DNA from: an uncultured Actinomycetota bacterium
GTDB taxonomy: Bacteria > Actinomycetota > Humimicrobiia > Humimicrobiales > Humimicrobiaceae
Length of the DNA stretch: 49,878 bases
Reading direction: 5' to 3'
Assembly (NCBI GenBank): GCA_964558475.1
Contig: CAZLEB010000001.1
Span: 1 to 49,878, forward strand
Shown: positions 37,311-47,400 of the stretch, piece after piece
Layout: every line of letters starts with the position of its first letter
Position numbering within the stretch: position 1 is the first letter of the stretch
The notes under the pieces: model-generated
Seen by the model: the letters and a program-made list of their open reading frames with translations, nothing else
What the model was told of the DNA's origin: nothing
Database searches by the model: none
Position numbers and translations under genes: made by a program

Positions 37311-37819
37311 AACAGTATTTTTTAATTTTTCTAAAAAGCCTGCTTATTTTTCTGGCAGGAGCTGCCATAGGTTTTGTATTTTTTTATTTCTTTAAAGGTG
37401 CCAGTGTATTCATAACAGACAAATTCAAAGTACTTCAGGGTATTTTTGGAATACACGAGTATCAGCAAGGAATGTCTTTTAATTATGTTTTTCTGGCTAT
37501 TTTTTTTGGAAATCTTCTTTCAACTATTGGATATTTTACCCTTGGTTTTTTAAAAGCTTCGCTTCCCGTAAGTTTTATTACCGGTATATTTATGATTATT
37601 TTTCTTTTCACGGGGACCATAAGACATGGTGCTTCCATTCCCGGTGAAGTTATAATACTTTCTTCTATTGAGATGTTTTATCGTGTTATGGCTTTAACCA
37701 CCGGGGAATATATAAACAGAAACAGGTTTAAAAATAAAACTATTCCTATAGTTTCTATAGTTATTATTTTTATTCTGTTTATTTCGGCAGTTTTTTATGA
37801 GTTATACCAGCTTTTTTAA
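37304..37819 (+). CDS. Integral membrane protein (possibly SpoIIM/DUF95-like), function unknown
   Basis: Four to five hydrophobic segments. GTG start overlaps the HD-GYP stop (GTGTTAA). The family assignment is weak. Confidence 0.55.
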   Translation: MLKQYFLIFLKSLLIFLAGAAIGFVFFYFFKGASVFITDKFKVLQGIFGIHEYQQGMSFNYVFLAIFFGNLLSTIGYFTLGFLKASLPVSFITGIFMIIFLFTGTIRHGASIPGEVIILSSIEMFYRVMALTTGEYINRNRFKNKTIPIVSIVIIFILFISAVFYELYQLF

Positions 37820-38570
37820 TTGATAGGATGCTCTTTTTATTAAGCTTACTCTTCCACTTATAACTATTGAAAACCAGTTTGAAGAATTTGATGGTGTCTG
37901 TAACAGGATTAACATAGCTTACAAAATCTTTATTATATATAGTGCTTATTGGTATATTTTTAATATTATACCCGAACCAGCTGGATTTGATTACTATTTC
38001 CGGTTCGGTATCAAAATTCTTAGTTTCAAGTTTTATATTCCTTAAAGCTTTTGCGCTTATATACCTGAATCCGGACTGTACATCGCTAATTCTTCTGCCG
38101 GCGATATTGGAAATAATCCATGAGGTAAAGATATTTGTGGCCAGTCTTATAAAGGGCATATTTTTGGTGTTACCCAGTCTATTCCCGATTATTAAATCCG
38201 GATTTTCTTTTTCTATGACTCTTAAGAAGTTTTTAATTTCACCGGTGTTATGCTGTCCATCCGCGTCCAGAGTTATAACTCCGGAGTAATTGTTCTTTAC
38301 AACATGACTAAAACCGGTTCTAAGTGACTGTCCCTTACCCTTGTTTATGGTATGTTTGAGTGGTACTATTTTAAGATTACGGGGAGCTGAAATAGATTTT
38401 ACAGCTTTCATAGTAGTATCGGTGGAACCGTCATCGACAATGATTATATCCAGACCGTATTTAAGACAACTCCTGATTACTGTTTTAATATATTTCTCTT
38501 CATTATAGGCCGGGATGAGAATTGCAGTCCCTCTATTATTTGATTTTATATTGCCGGATTTCATATTCAA
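37779..38570 (-). CDS. Family 2 glycosyltransferase (polyprenol-phosphate sugar transferase-like)
   Basis: ILIPAYNEE, VDDGSTD and LDADGQH motifs. Confidence 0.88.
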   Translation of the reverse strand: MNMKSGNIKSNNRGTAILIPAYNEEKYIKTVIRSCLKYGLDIIIVDDGSTDTTMKAVKSISAPRNLKIVPLKHTINKGKGQSLRTGFSHVVKNNYSGVITLDADGQHNTGEIKNFLRVIEKENPDLIIGNRLGNTKNMPFIRLATNIFTSWIISNIAGRRISDVQSGFRYISAKALRNIKLETKNFDTEPEIVIKSSWFGYNIKNIPISTIYNKDFVSYVNPVTDTIKFFKLVFNSYKWKSKLNKKSILSIKKAGITHKKLPK

Positions 38571-38593
38571 TGTTTTATTGTATAAAAATTCTT

Positions 38594-39190
38594 TTAAAGG
38601 TGATAAATTTCAGTATCTGTAATTATACAGTCAACTTTTATATCATTTTCTAATGCAGGGATACTATTAACTACCTGGATATCAAAGCAAAGTGCTATTT
38701 TTTTTACTCCCTCCGGAATATAAAGGAGGAGTTTATCATAAAATCCTCCGCCGTATCCCAATCGGTTCAGTTTTTTGTCGAAGCCTACTCCAGGAACAAC
38801 AGCCAGGTCGATATCAGAGATATCAGCGGGCCTGCATAATCCGATGGCTGGTTCCATTATGCCATAAGTTCCTTTTTCCAGCTGCTTTTTTAAGTCATTT
38901 ACATAAAAGATATTTAAATTATGTTTATCAATCCGGGGCAGGATTATATTTTTTTTATTTTTTAATGCCTTTTTTATAATTATAGTTACATCAACTTCAC
39001 TTCTAAAGGGATAGTAGATTAAAATATTGTTTGAATTAATGTAATAAACTGTATTAAAAAATTTTTCTGCTATTATTTTGCTTCTTTCTTTTCTATAACG
39101 GACCCGCAGGTTATCTCTTCTATTTTGAATTTTTTTTCTAAGTTTTTCTTTGCAAGAACTGGTTTGATTAAGTTTATTGTTATTCTTCAT
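38594..39190 (-). CDS. 5-formyltetrahydrofolate cyclo-ligase
   Basis: LRKKIQNRR N-terminus, VVPGVGFD and GYGGGFYD motifs. Confidence 0.88.
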   Translation of the reverse strand: MKNNNKLNQTSSCKEKLRKKIQNRRDNLRVRYRKERSKIIAEKFFNTVYYINSNNILIYYPFRSEVDVTIIIKKALKNKKNIILPRIDKHNLNIFYVNDLKKQLEKGTYGIMEPAIGLCRPADISDIDLAVVPGVGFDKKLNRLGYGGGFYDKLLLYIPEGVKKIALCFDIQVVNSIPALENDIKVDCIITDTEIYHL

Positions 39191-40028
39191 AAAAAATTAT
39201 ACATAAACCTCCTGGTCCTAGATGTGTTCCAACTACGGCACCAATATCCACCCTTAATATTTTTTTTGGATTGAATGTCTCCTTTATTCTTTCATACATT
39301 TCGGTTGCATCTTCTTTAGCATCAGAATCTCCCACCGATACTACAAGATTTTGGGGATTTTTTATCATAGTTTTCATGGAATTGATTAGTTCGGTTTTGG
39401 CCTGATTCCATCTTCTGGCGGTTTTAAATTGAGATACCTCACCATCATGAAGGGTGAGTATTGGTTTGATTTCCAAAAGTGAAGCAATGAGCCCTTTTGC
39501 CTTTCCTATTCTCCCGCCTTTTTTTAAATATTCCAGTGTGCTTGGTACAAATAATACTTTGATTTTTGGTTTTAAGTCATAAACCTCTTTTAAAATCTCT
39601 TCTTTTGATTTGCCTTCTTGTGCGAGTTGAGCTGCTTTTAATACAAGGAAACCCAACGCCATGCTAACATATCCGGAATCAACTATCTCTATATCTCTAC
39701 CTGGCATCTCCTTTTTTGCCAGCTCTACAGAATTTATAGTACCTGACATTTTCTTTGAAATATGAATGGAGATTATGCTCTCGCTCTTTTTAAGGATATC
39801 TGTATATACTTCTATAAAATCCTTTGGAGTTGGCTGGGTAGTGGTTGGTAGTTTTTCGGATGACCTGATTTTTTTATAAAATTCGCCTATAGTTATTTCT
39901 TTCCCATCATCTAAAAAAATTTCCTTGTCGAAGATTACTGATAGGGGTATAACTTTTATATCAAGTTTCTTTACCAGGTCTTCCGGTATGTCGGAAGTAC
40001 TATCGGTAATAATTGCTACTTTACTCAT
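39180..40028 (-). CDS. degV: DegV-family fatty-acid-binding protein
   Basis: VAIITDSTSD N-terminus, TTTQPTP motif, about 280 aa. Confidence 0.9.
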   Translation of the reverse strand: MSKVAIITDSTSDIPEDLVKKLDIKVIPLSVIFDKEIFLDDGKEITIGEFYKKIRSSEKLPTTTQPTPKDFIEVYTDILKKSESIISIHISKKMSGTINSVELAKKEMPGRDIEIVDSGYVSMALGFLVLKAAQLAQEGKSKEEILKEVYDLKPKIKVLFVPSTLEYLKKGGRIGKAKGLIASLLEIKPILTLHDGEVSQFKTARRWNQAKTELINSMKTMIKNPQNLVVSVGDSDAKEDATEMYERIKETFNPKKILRVDIGAVVGTHLGPGGLCIIFYEE

Positions 40029-40063
40029 TTTCCCTCCTTATTTTAATTTGTTATTATTATAAT

Positions 40064-40972
40064 TTATGCTTTTTTAAAAATATTTTCAATTAATTTTGCA
40101 AACCTTTTACCTATGAAAATTTCTTTTTTTAAGCCCTCATAATGGCTGAATTTTTTTTCTTTTTTAGAGCCGGTAAGGTGTTTCTCTGCCACATTTCTTA
40201 TATGTGATAGGCCCAATACCTTTATATGCAGGAAATTTGCCATTATGACTTCCGGAACGGTTGACATTCCGACAGCATCAGCTCCTAATTTACGAAAAGC
40301 ACCTATCTCGGCTTTAGTTTCAAGTACCGGACCTTTAACACCTATATATATACCGGTTTTCAGTTCAAGACCAATATCTTTAGCTGTCTTGTTTGCAATA
40401 CTGATAAGTTTTTTATCATATGGGTAACTCATATCAACAAAATAATCATATTGCCTGTTATATTTGCTACCAAAAAATGGATTATCAAACATAAAATTTA
40501 TGTGGTCTTTTATTATCATAATATCGTCTTCATTAAATGAAGGATTTATTCCACCAGCTGAATTTGTAATTATTAAATTATCTGCTGATAGATTAGATAA
40601 TAGATTAACCGGATATACCACATCTTCTATATTATATCCTTCATATAGGTGCAGCCTACCGCAGAATATTAAAATATTTTTATTTCCCAGTTTTCCGTAA
40701 ACAATGGATTTCCCATGTCCCGGTATGGATGGAACTGACATATGGGGTATATCGGAAATATCCAGGGTTATTTTATTCTGCAGGGGTAAAAACTCTATGC
40801 ATCTCGAAAGAAATGAGCCTAATATCAGTCCGAAATTAATCTTTTCAGGAATATAAGAATGCAAGTAGCTGCATGTTTCTTTAATTTTTTCTTTTTTTAA
40901 AAAAGCCGGCTCGTTCATGCAATAAAAAGTGTAATTCTGATTACATATAAGTATTTTTTTAAATTTTAACAT
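40064..40972 (-). CDS. punA: Purine nucleoside phosphorylase (PunA-type)
   Basis: PGHGKSIVYG, GRLHLYEGY, TNSAGG, KGPVLETKAE and GADAVGMSTVPE. The start may be the internal ATG at 40918. Confidence 0.88.
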   Translation of the reverse strand: MLKFKKILICNQNYTFYCMNEPAFLKKEKIKETCSYLHSYIPEKINFGLILGSFLSRCIEFLPLQNKITLDISDIPHMSVPSIPGHGKSIVYGKLGNKNILIFCGRLHLYEGYNIEDVVYPVNLLSNLSADNLIITNSAGGINPSFNEDDIMIIKDHINFMFDNPFFGSKYNRQYDYFVDMSYPYDKKLISIANKTAKDIGLELKTGIYIGVKGPVLETKAEIGAFRKLGADAVGMSTVPEVIMANFLHIKVLGLSHIRNVAEKHLTGSKKEKKFSHYEGLKKEIFIGKRFAKLIENIFKKA

Positions 40973-41010
40973 ACTTTTATATTAAAAATAATTAATATTT
41001 CGGCTTTTTC

Positions 41011-41019
41011 TGGTATAAT
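41011..41019 (+). promoter_or_regulatory. Extended -10 element TGgTATAAT upstream of the binding-protein gene
   Basis: TG-n-TATAAT lies about 57 nt upstream of ATG 41076 (SD GGAG at 41064). Confidence 0.45.
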
Positions 41020-41075
41020 CTTCCTATTATTTTTTTGTATTTCACTTTTTGGTATCTATTTTATGGAGCAAATAA

Positions 41076-42269
41076 ATGAATTTAAAGAAAGTATTTTTAA
41101 ATCCGGCTTTTAAGCTTTTTTTCAAAGTTTTAATAATTTTTACATTAATATACTTATCAGTTAACCTTGTGGCCTGCGAACCCAGGCAAAGAGTGATTAA
41201 GATCGGTAATCAGGCTGTACTTTCAGGTGAGTATGAATCTTTCGGGGAGGATCAGCTGGTCAGTATTGAGCTTGCTGCTTCCAAATTATCTCCTGTAAGA
41301 ATAGGAGGATTTGACTATGAAATTGAAGTAATAACTAAAGACGATGAAGGTAATCCTGAAAAGGCCTTTCTGGTTGCGCAGGAAATGGTAGATGAAGGAG
41401 TAGCTGCCGTAATCGGCTCTACTTTTGATGGAACAACTGAAGTTTCTTTACCAGTTTATGAGGGATATGGTATACCGTTAATTTCTCCATTTGCTCAAAA
41501 AAATGAAATTTCTGAAGAAGGGAATATTTTTTTCAGAATGGTAATGAATAATAAACAGAAAATAGAAAATATTGCTGATTTTATCGCAAGTAATATTAAT
41601 CCACAGAAACTTATACTTATAAATAACCAGGAGGAATATTCGATAGAACTGGTTGATTACCTGAGAGAGGTATTATCCGATTATGGTATAGAGACTCCGG
41701 AACCAATATCAATAAAAATAAGTGAAGAGGATGCCACAGTTATTGCTGAATATCTATTAATAGAGGGACCGGATACTATATTTTTTTGTGCAACCTATAA
41801 TGAACTGGCGTCTCTTATATCTAAAGTAAGGGAAGTTGGTTTAGAGTCGAGATTTATAACCGAAACGCTGGGAATGGATGATAGTATATTTGTTTTAGCA
41901 GATGCGCAGTATCTGGAAGGTTTAATTGCCGTAATTCCCGAACCGCCTTCTCTGGCTAAATATTCTCAGGATCCTAAAGCAGTGAATTTCTGGTATGATT
42001 TTAATAATTATTTAAGCAAGATGGACGACTCTGATATCAGTATTGAGAGCCCGGGAACATATGCTCCTTACTGTTATGATTCTGTTTTTATAATAATTGA
42101 AGCCATGAAAAGATCTAATTCTATTCTACCGGAAGATTACGTGGATGAGCTTAAAGCTATTTCCTATGATGGAATAGTAGGTCATATTGAATTTGACTCT
42201 AATGGCGATAGAGTAGATCCATTATCAACAATTTTTATAGTAAAAGATGGTGCCTGGGTAAGATATTAA
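41076..42269 (+). CDS. ABC transporter substrate-binding lipoprotein, LivJ/branched-chain amino acid-type
   Basis: Signal peptide with lipobox LVAC. Type I periplasmic-binding fold pattern (IKIGNQAVLSGEY...GSTFDG). No permease or ATPase genes adjacent. Confidence 0.75.
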   Translation: MNLKKVFLNPAFKLFFKVLIIFTLIYLSVNLVACEPRQRVIKIGNQAVLSGEYESFGEDQLVSIELAASKLSPVRIGGFDYEIEVITKDDEGNPEKAFLVAQEMVDEGVAAVIGSTFDGTTEVSLPVYEGYGIPLISPFAQKNEISEEGNIFFRMVMNNKQKIENIADFIASNINPQKLILINNQEEYSIELVDYLREVLSDYGIETPEPISIKISEEDATVIAEYLLIEGPDTIFFCATYNELASLISKVREVGLESRFITETLGMDDSIFVLADAQYLEGLIAVIPEPPSLAKYSQDPKAVNFWYDFNNYLSKMDDSDISIESPGTYAPYCYDSVFIIIEAMKRSNSILPEDYVDELKAISYDGIVGHIEFDSNGDRVDPLSTIFIVKDGAWVRY

Positions 42270-43144
42270 TCAGGGACTATGAAATTTAATTTTTTTGGAA
42301 CTATCCTGAAGTTAGCGGGTAATTTGCAGATATATTCGCCATCTGCAAAAACACTGAACCGATATTCACTATCCAATGAAAAGCTGCTTGTCCTAAAAAT
42401 TTCAACATGGGAATCATCTACATGTTTCCCTTCGTATACTTTTGGAAAAATTTTAATGAAATGTAATTTGCTCATTCTTTTTATTATACATATGTCAAAA
42501 AGCCCATCTTCAGGATCAGCGGCGGGGGTTATTTTCATACCGCCTCCATACATAGGCATATTTGAAGCTGCAATCATCATTCCGTAAATTTCTCTGTGTT
42601 TACCGTTATAATTTATAAAAAATTTCTTTGATCTAAATGTAATCAAAGTTTTATAGACCGAATATGTATATTTTGCTGGTCCTTTTACAGGAAATCGGGT
42701 GTTATTTGCAAGATCATTTACCTGTGAATCGAATCCGGAACCGGCAATACATAAGTAATAATATTTATTATTTACGAGTCCCAGATCTATTCTTTTTATT
42801 TTACCTCTCTTTATAATCTTACAGCAGTCTTTAATATCGGATGTTAAACCAAGACATGTTGCAATGTCATTACCGGAACCGGTAGGTATTGCACCCAGAT
42901 TTTTACCAGTTCCAGCCAGGACATTTGCCATATAATGAATTGTACCGTCGCCTCCTACAGCTATAAAATTAGAGAAATCTTTCTCTAACTTAATCTTTGT
43001 AGTATTGATAATATCCTGTAAATTTTTACTTATGTGGATATGATAGTCAAGTTTAAGTTTTTTTAACTCAGATTCAATAAGCTCCTTAATTTCCAGGGCT
43101 TTTCCTTTTGCCGAAGCTGGATTTAAAATAATAAGTGTTTTCAT
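42266..43144 (-). CDS. Diacylglycerol kinase catalytic-domain lipid kinase (DagK/YegS family)
   Basis: ILNPASAKGK and AVGGDGTIHY motifs. The stop overlaps the convergent gene by 4 nt. Confidence 0.88.
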   Translation of the reverse strand: MKTLIILNPASAKGKALEIKELIESELKKLKLDYHIHISKNLQDIINTTKIKLEKDFSNFIAVGGDGTIHYMANVLAGTGKNLGAIPTGSGNDIATCLGLTSDIKDCCKIIKRGKIKRIDLGLVNNKYYYLCIAGSGFDSQVNDLANNTRFPVKGPAKYTYSVYKTLITFRSKKFFINYNGKHREIYGMMIAASNMPMYGGGMKITPAADPEDGLFDICIIKRMSKLHFIKIFPKVYEGKHVDDSHVEIFRTSSFSLDSEYRFSVFADGEYICKLPANFRIVPKKLNFIVPD

Positions 43145-43363
43145 TTCTTTTTATCCCGGTAAATATGACTTAAGATGCCCGCTACCCTTAATGATTAATA
43201 AATACTATATTTTATTTGACTATTTTCAGCAATAATTGTTTTAAAAAATTTTTTCTATAGAAAGTTTCATTTTTACCGTATCCGGATTTATTGACTTTTT
43301 ATTTTGCCTATTATAATCTTTAAATGTTTCTTATCCATTAAAAATTTTAAGGGGGGGTATCCA

Positions 43364-43996
43364 ATGAATATATTTAACAAAATAGTTGTTGTATTGATAT
43401 TAATCTTTTTGGCCTGTCTCTCGATTATTTCTATGGTAAATATTTTTGCGGAATATTTTAAATGGTCGGACCTGGCTTTGAGAATTTTCACTCCGGAATA
43501 CAATATTAGTAAATTTGTTGTTTTTCTTGCTTTACTGGGTATATTTGCCGTAAGTATTCTTTTAATGTTACTGGAATTTTATAGAAAAAGGACAAAAGTG
43601 GCAAATATATCCAGCTCTAAAACAGGAAATGCCATGGTAACGCTGGAAACTATCGCAGGGCAGATAAAAAATGAGGTAATTAAAATAGATGGTCTGGAAG
43701 AAATCAAGGTAAATATAATTCCAAAAACAGCAGGTATTATAATTAATATGAACGCTAAATTAAACGATAATGTGAATATCCCGGAAAAGATGCAGGAAAT
43801 AATAAATGTAGCTAGCGGTATAGTATCGGACAAACTGGGTATTAAAGTTATAAAGACCAATCTTACTATTATTGGTCTTGTTGAAGGAAAAAAGGAAAAA
43901 GAGGTAAAGAAAAAAGAGATTGAAAAAAAGCCGGTTAAAACAAAACCGGAAGAAGCTGAAGATATTTCCGAAACTTCCGATGATAATAGTAGTTAA
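43364..43996 (+). CDS. Membrane protein, possibly Asp23-anchor (AmaP)-like, with K/E-rich tail
   Basis: Two N-terminal TM segments, then a beta-rich segment (MVTLETIAGQIKNEV...KVNI...) resembling the Asp23/AmaP family. ATG 43364 follows GGGGGGG and is preferred to the listed 43304. Confidence 0.5.
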   Translation: MNIFNKIVVVLILIFLACLSIISMVNIFAEYFKWSDLALRIFTPEYNISKFVVFLALLGIFAVSILLMLLEFYRKRTKVANISSSKTGNAMVTLETIAGQIKNEVIKIDGLEEIKVNIIPKTAGIIINMNAKLNDNVNIPEKMQEIINVASGIVSDKLGIKVIKTNLTIIGLVEGKKEKEVKKKEIEKKPVKTKPEEAEDISETSDDNSS

Positions 43997-44094
43997 GACT
44001 AAATAGATACGCTAAATATATTTAATACTATAGTTAAAATAAACAGGTTAAAGTAAAGTTCAAATTTTATTTTTAAAAATGCCGGTTACATAAA

Positions 44095-44168
44095 GCGGAC
44101 TTAGTATATCGGTAGTACATGAGCTTCCCAAGCTCAAGAGGCGGGTTCGATTCCCGTAGTCCGCTCCA
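44095..44168 (+). tRNA. tRNA-Gly (anticodon CCC), CCA encoded
   Basis: Hand-folded cloverleaf. Acceptor stem GCGGACT/AGTCCGC, D stem GTAT/GTAC, anticodon stem TGAGC/GCTCA with loop TTCCCAA. T arm GCGGG-TTCGATT-CCCGT, discriminator T, then CCA. Confidence 0.9.
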
Positions 44169-44285
44169 TTGAAAAGTCACTGGTAACGGCGGGAATTGTT
44201 TTTATTAAATATTTTAAAAAATTAACGTGCATTTTGTAGCTAGGTGGTTTTATGGCAGTTAAGTTCTTAAGAAAGGAAGATCATT

Positions 44286-44438
44286 ATGGCAGATATACTA
44301 TCGGAACTTGATAAATATATCCCCGAGGATAATCCCAGAAAATGGGCAAAACTTTCAAGCGATATTGATTTCAGGAGACTTCAATTAACTCTATTAAAGG
44401 AAATATTAATTGAATTAAAGCAAATCAATGCCAAATAA
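44286..44438 (+). CDS. Unannotated 50-aa ORF immediately upstream of the helicase-nuclease gene (candidate)
   Basis: MADILSELDKYIPEDNPRKWAKLSSDIDFRRLQLTLLKEILIELKQINAK. AAGGAAG lies 6 nt upstream. The stop is 3 nt before ATG 44442. Confidence 0.4.
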   Translation: MADILSELDKYIPEDNPRKWAKLSSDIDFRRLQLTLLKEILIELKQINAK

Positions 44439-44441
44439 TGG

Positions 44442-47400
44442 ATGTTAGATGACAAACTAATAGAGGCTATAAAAAAGAAGAACAGCAACTTTCTGGTGGC
44501 CGGGCCTCCAGGTTCCGGCAAGACTTATACACTTCTGGAGCTTACAAGGTATCTAATTACCACTAAAAAGATAAATCCTAAAAAATTACTAATATTCTGC
44601 TTTAACCGCAGGGGGTCAAAGTTTATAAGAGAGAAGACTACAGCTTTAATAGGCAAGAGCATACTGGAAATTCCCATAGAAACATTCTATTCTTTTTGTA
44701 CCGGTTTTATAAGCGAAGCAAAAATTTTCTTAAGTCCTGAGCAACTAATTAATAAAAATTCCAGGAATAATGAAGATAACGATAATTTCTTCGGGGATAT
44801 AAAGATTTTAAATTCAATGGAGCAATGGAAACTGCTTAAGAATGTCATAAAAATGCTGGACGGAAAAAACTATCCGTATACTTTTAAATATATAAACAGT
44901 AATCTTTTTATTGAGAATAGTTTCATTCAGGAAGTTTTTGATTTTATCCTGCGTGCCCAGGAAAATTTATTTACACCCAGAGAACTGTCGGATAAATTTA
45001 CACCGTTTTTCAGTCCGGTGCTCTCGGAGCTGGTTGGGATATATTCCAGATATATAAAAGAACTAAAAAGCAACCACCTGTATAATTACGGCATGCTGTT
45101 GGAAGAGACGGTCGGTATATTAAAAAATCAGAAGGGAATCAGGGACTACTTCCGGCAGAAGTATGATTATATACTGGTTGATGAACTGCAGGAAATTAAC
45201 AGAGCTCAATTTGAAATCATAAATTATCTTTCAAACTATAACTGTATATTTTTTGGTAACGATGACCAATCTATTTATGCTTTCAGAGGTTCGGCGCCGG
45301 ATAGTTTTAAAGCAGTTTATTTCAAACTAAAACCGGAAAATGTCATTTTCCTGGATAAAAATTACAGAAGTAACAGTATTATAAATGATGTTTGCAAGAA
45401 CTTTATTTGTTTGAGTAAGAATAGAATTCCAAAAGAAATTACTGTTTCTGGTAATAATTCTAATGGAGAATTATATTTAAAGAAATTTCATACCTTGTTG
45501 GAAGAGGCTAATTTTATCTGTCACAAAATTAGATTTCTCCATCTTAAAAAAGGCATAAAACTGGAAGAAATAGCTGTAATTATCAAAGGACTGGGTTACG
45601 AGACTCATCTGATTGAAAATGCATTAATCCAAAATGGTATTCCATTTATAAGAAGGGGCACAAGAAGCCTGCTTGATAATAAACTTGTAAAATATTTGCT
45701 TAACTTAATGAGATTGATACTTGCTGTGAAAGAACTGGCAAGTTCCCAAAAAGTATATGCTGATAATGGGGATTCAGCTAAAAAGCTGGATGTTTTAATA
45801 GAAAATGTAATGCTTTCGGATATTATAAATCTGGAGCCATTATATTTTAAAAAAGTGAAAATTCTATGTTCGGGAAACAGCGGCGGTATCTATAGAGATT
45901 TATGGAGTTATTTTAAGGATCAACATGTTAGAGAAAAAGAAAATAAACGGGTAAATAAAGAGCTTCTTAAAATAGTAAATTTTGTTTCGGCTATTTACGA
46001 ATTAATAAAAATTACAGATAGAGATGTGCTTGAATTTTCTTTAATGCTTATCAGGAACAGGAGACTGGGTATTATAAATTATCTGATAGCCCGGGAAAAT
46101 AATGAAATTGATAATAGAAACCGTTGGAGTAATTTAGGAGATTTTTTACAGAACGTAAAAGATTTTAGCCGGGAAAATAGTCCTAATAGTATTAAGTCAT
46201 TTGTCAATTTTATTGATGATATTATTGAAAATAAATTTACCGAGGAAATCGAAGAGAGCACAAAAGATATAGTTCAAGCCGGTTCAGTTAATATACTGAG
46301 CTTTCATCAATGTAAAGGTATGGAGTTTAAAGCAGTATTCATACCATTTATTAATAGATATTATTTACCTGCAAAATTCATTTTTCCGCAGGCTTTCGAT
46401 ATTCAGATATTTGATTTCCTGCAAACGGGGAAGAGTTTGAATATTGAGGAACTTAAGAAAAGTCATATGGATGGTGAAATCAGGCTTTTTTACAATGGGA
46501 TTACAAGAGCTAAAGAATTTTTATATATTACTTCTAACAGCAGCAGAGAGAAATCTATATTTTTCGAAGAAATGAAGAAAATTTATAAAAGCCTGAATGT
46601 TAAATACAGGAAAATAAATACATTAAATGGAAATAAAAAAAAGAATAAAAAGGAAATGTCTAAAATCGAATCGGAGCTGGATTTTGATTTAAATAATATG
46701 TGGCTTATAAGGAGAAGGGCATTGGTTGCTGCTGCCAAGATGCAGCATAACCTCAAATTTAATCATAATAATTATTTGAATTACATCATTATCTTAAAAT
46801 ATTTCTATCACCCCAGCCAGTGGTGGAATTTTATTATGCCTACCAAAAACAATAGAAACCCTTTCTTATTGTTTCCTGCATCATTTTCATACAGTAATAT
46901 AAATACTTTCAGGGATTGCCCATTTAAATATAAAGTTAGATATTATTTTAATTTAAAAGAAGAGGAGAATATAAGTCTGGTTTTAGGAAATATATATCAT
47001 GAGATAATAAGGATTTTTTTTAAACCTGAAAATAAATCTTTCTCATGGAAAACTCTGGAAGCAATAATAGACGAAGTATTTAAGAGGTCTCATTTTGATT
47101 TTAAATTTTTAAAAAATGAGCTGAAGAAGAAGGCATTGCTGGAATTCAAAAGCTTCTTCGAAAATCTTATGCCCGCTAGTCCCGATAACTCTATAATCGA
47201 AAAAAAATTTTCATTTAAATTGGGTAAAGAAAATATTATCGGAAGAATAGATCAGATAAATATACTGGATGATAAAAACCTGGAACTTGTGGATTATAAG
47301 TCCGGGTCCTCTACATTTAGCGATAAGGATCTTAAGGAGGAAATGCAGCTAAAAATATATAAATTTGCTCTGGATACCAGTAAAGATCTGGAAGATTTTA

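Noticed and set aside
37942-38289. 115-aa + strand ORF inside the GT2 gene. Similar cases are 38692-38979, 40245-40700 and 42279-42587, which lie inside the minus-strand MTHFS, punA and dagK genes.
   Set aside because: The opposite strand carries clear catalytic motifs in each case. These are antisense shadow ORFs.
43291-43317. TTGACT...TATAAT upstream of the AmaP-like gene, considered as a promoter
   Set aside because: The spacer is only 15 nt, which is suboptimal. It is plausible but too weak to list as a feature.
44095-44441. tRNA-Gly as a possible genomic-island integration site
   Set aside because: No integrase, no direct repeat of the tRNA 3' end that I could find downstream, and no obvious compositional change. 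The flanking genes are housekeeping-type.
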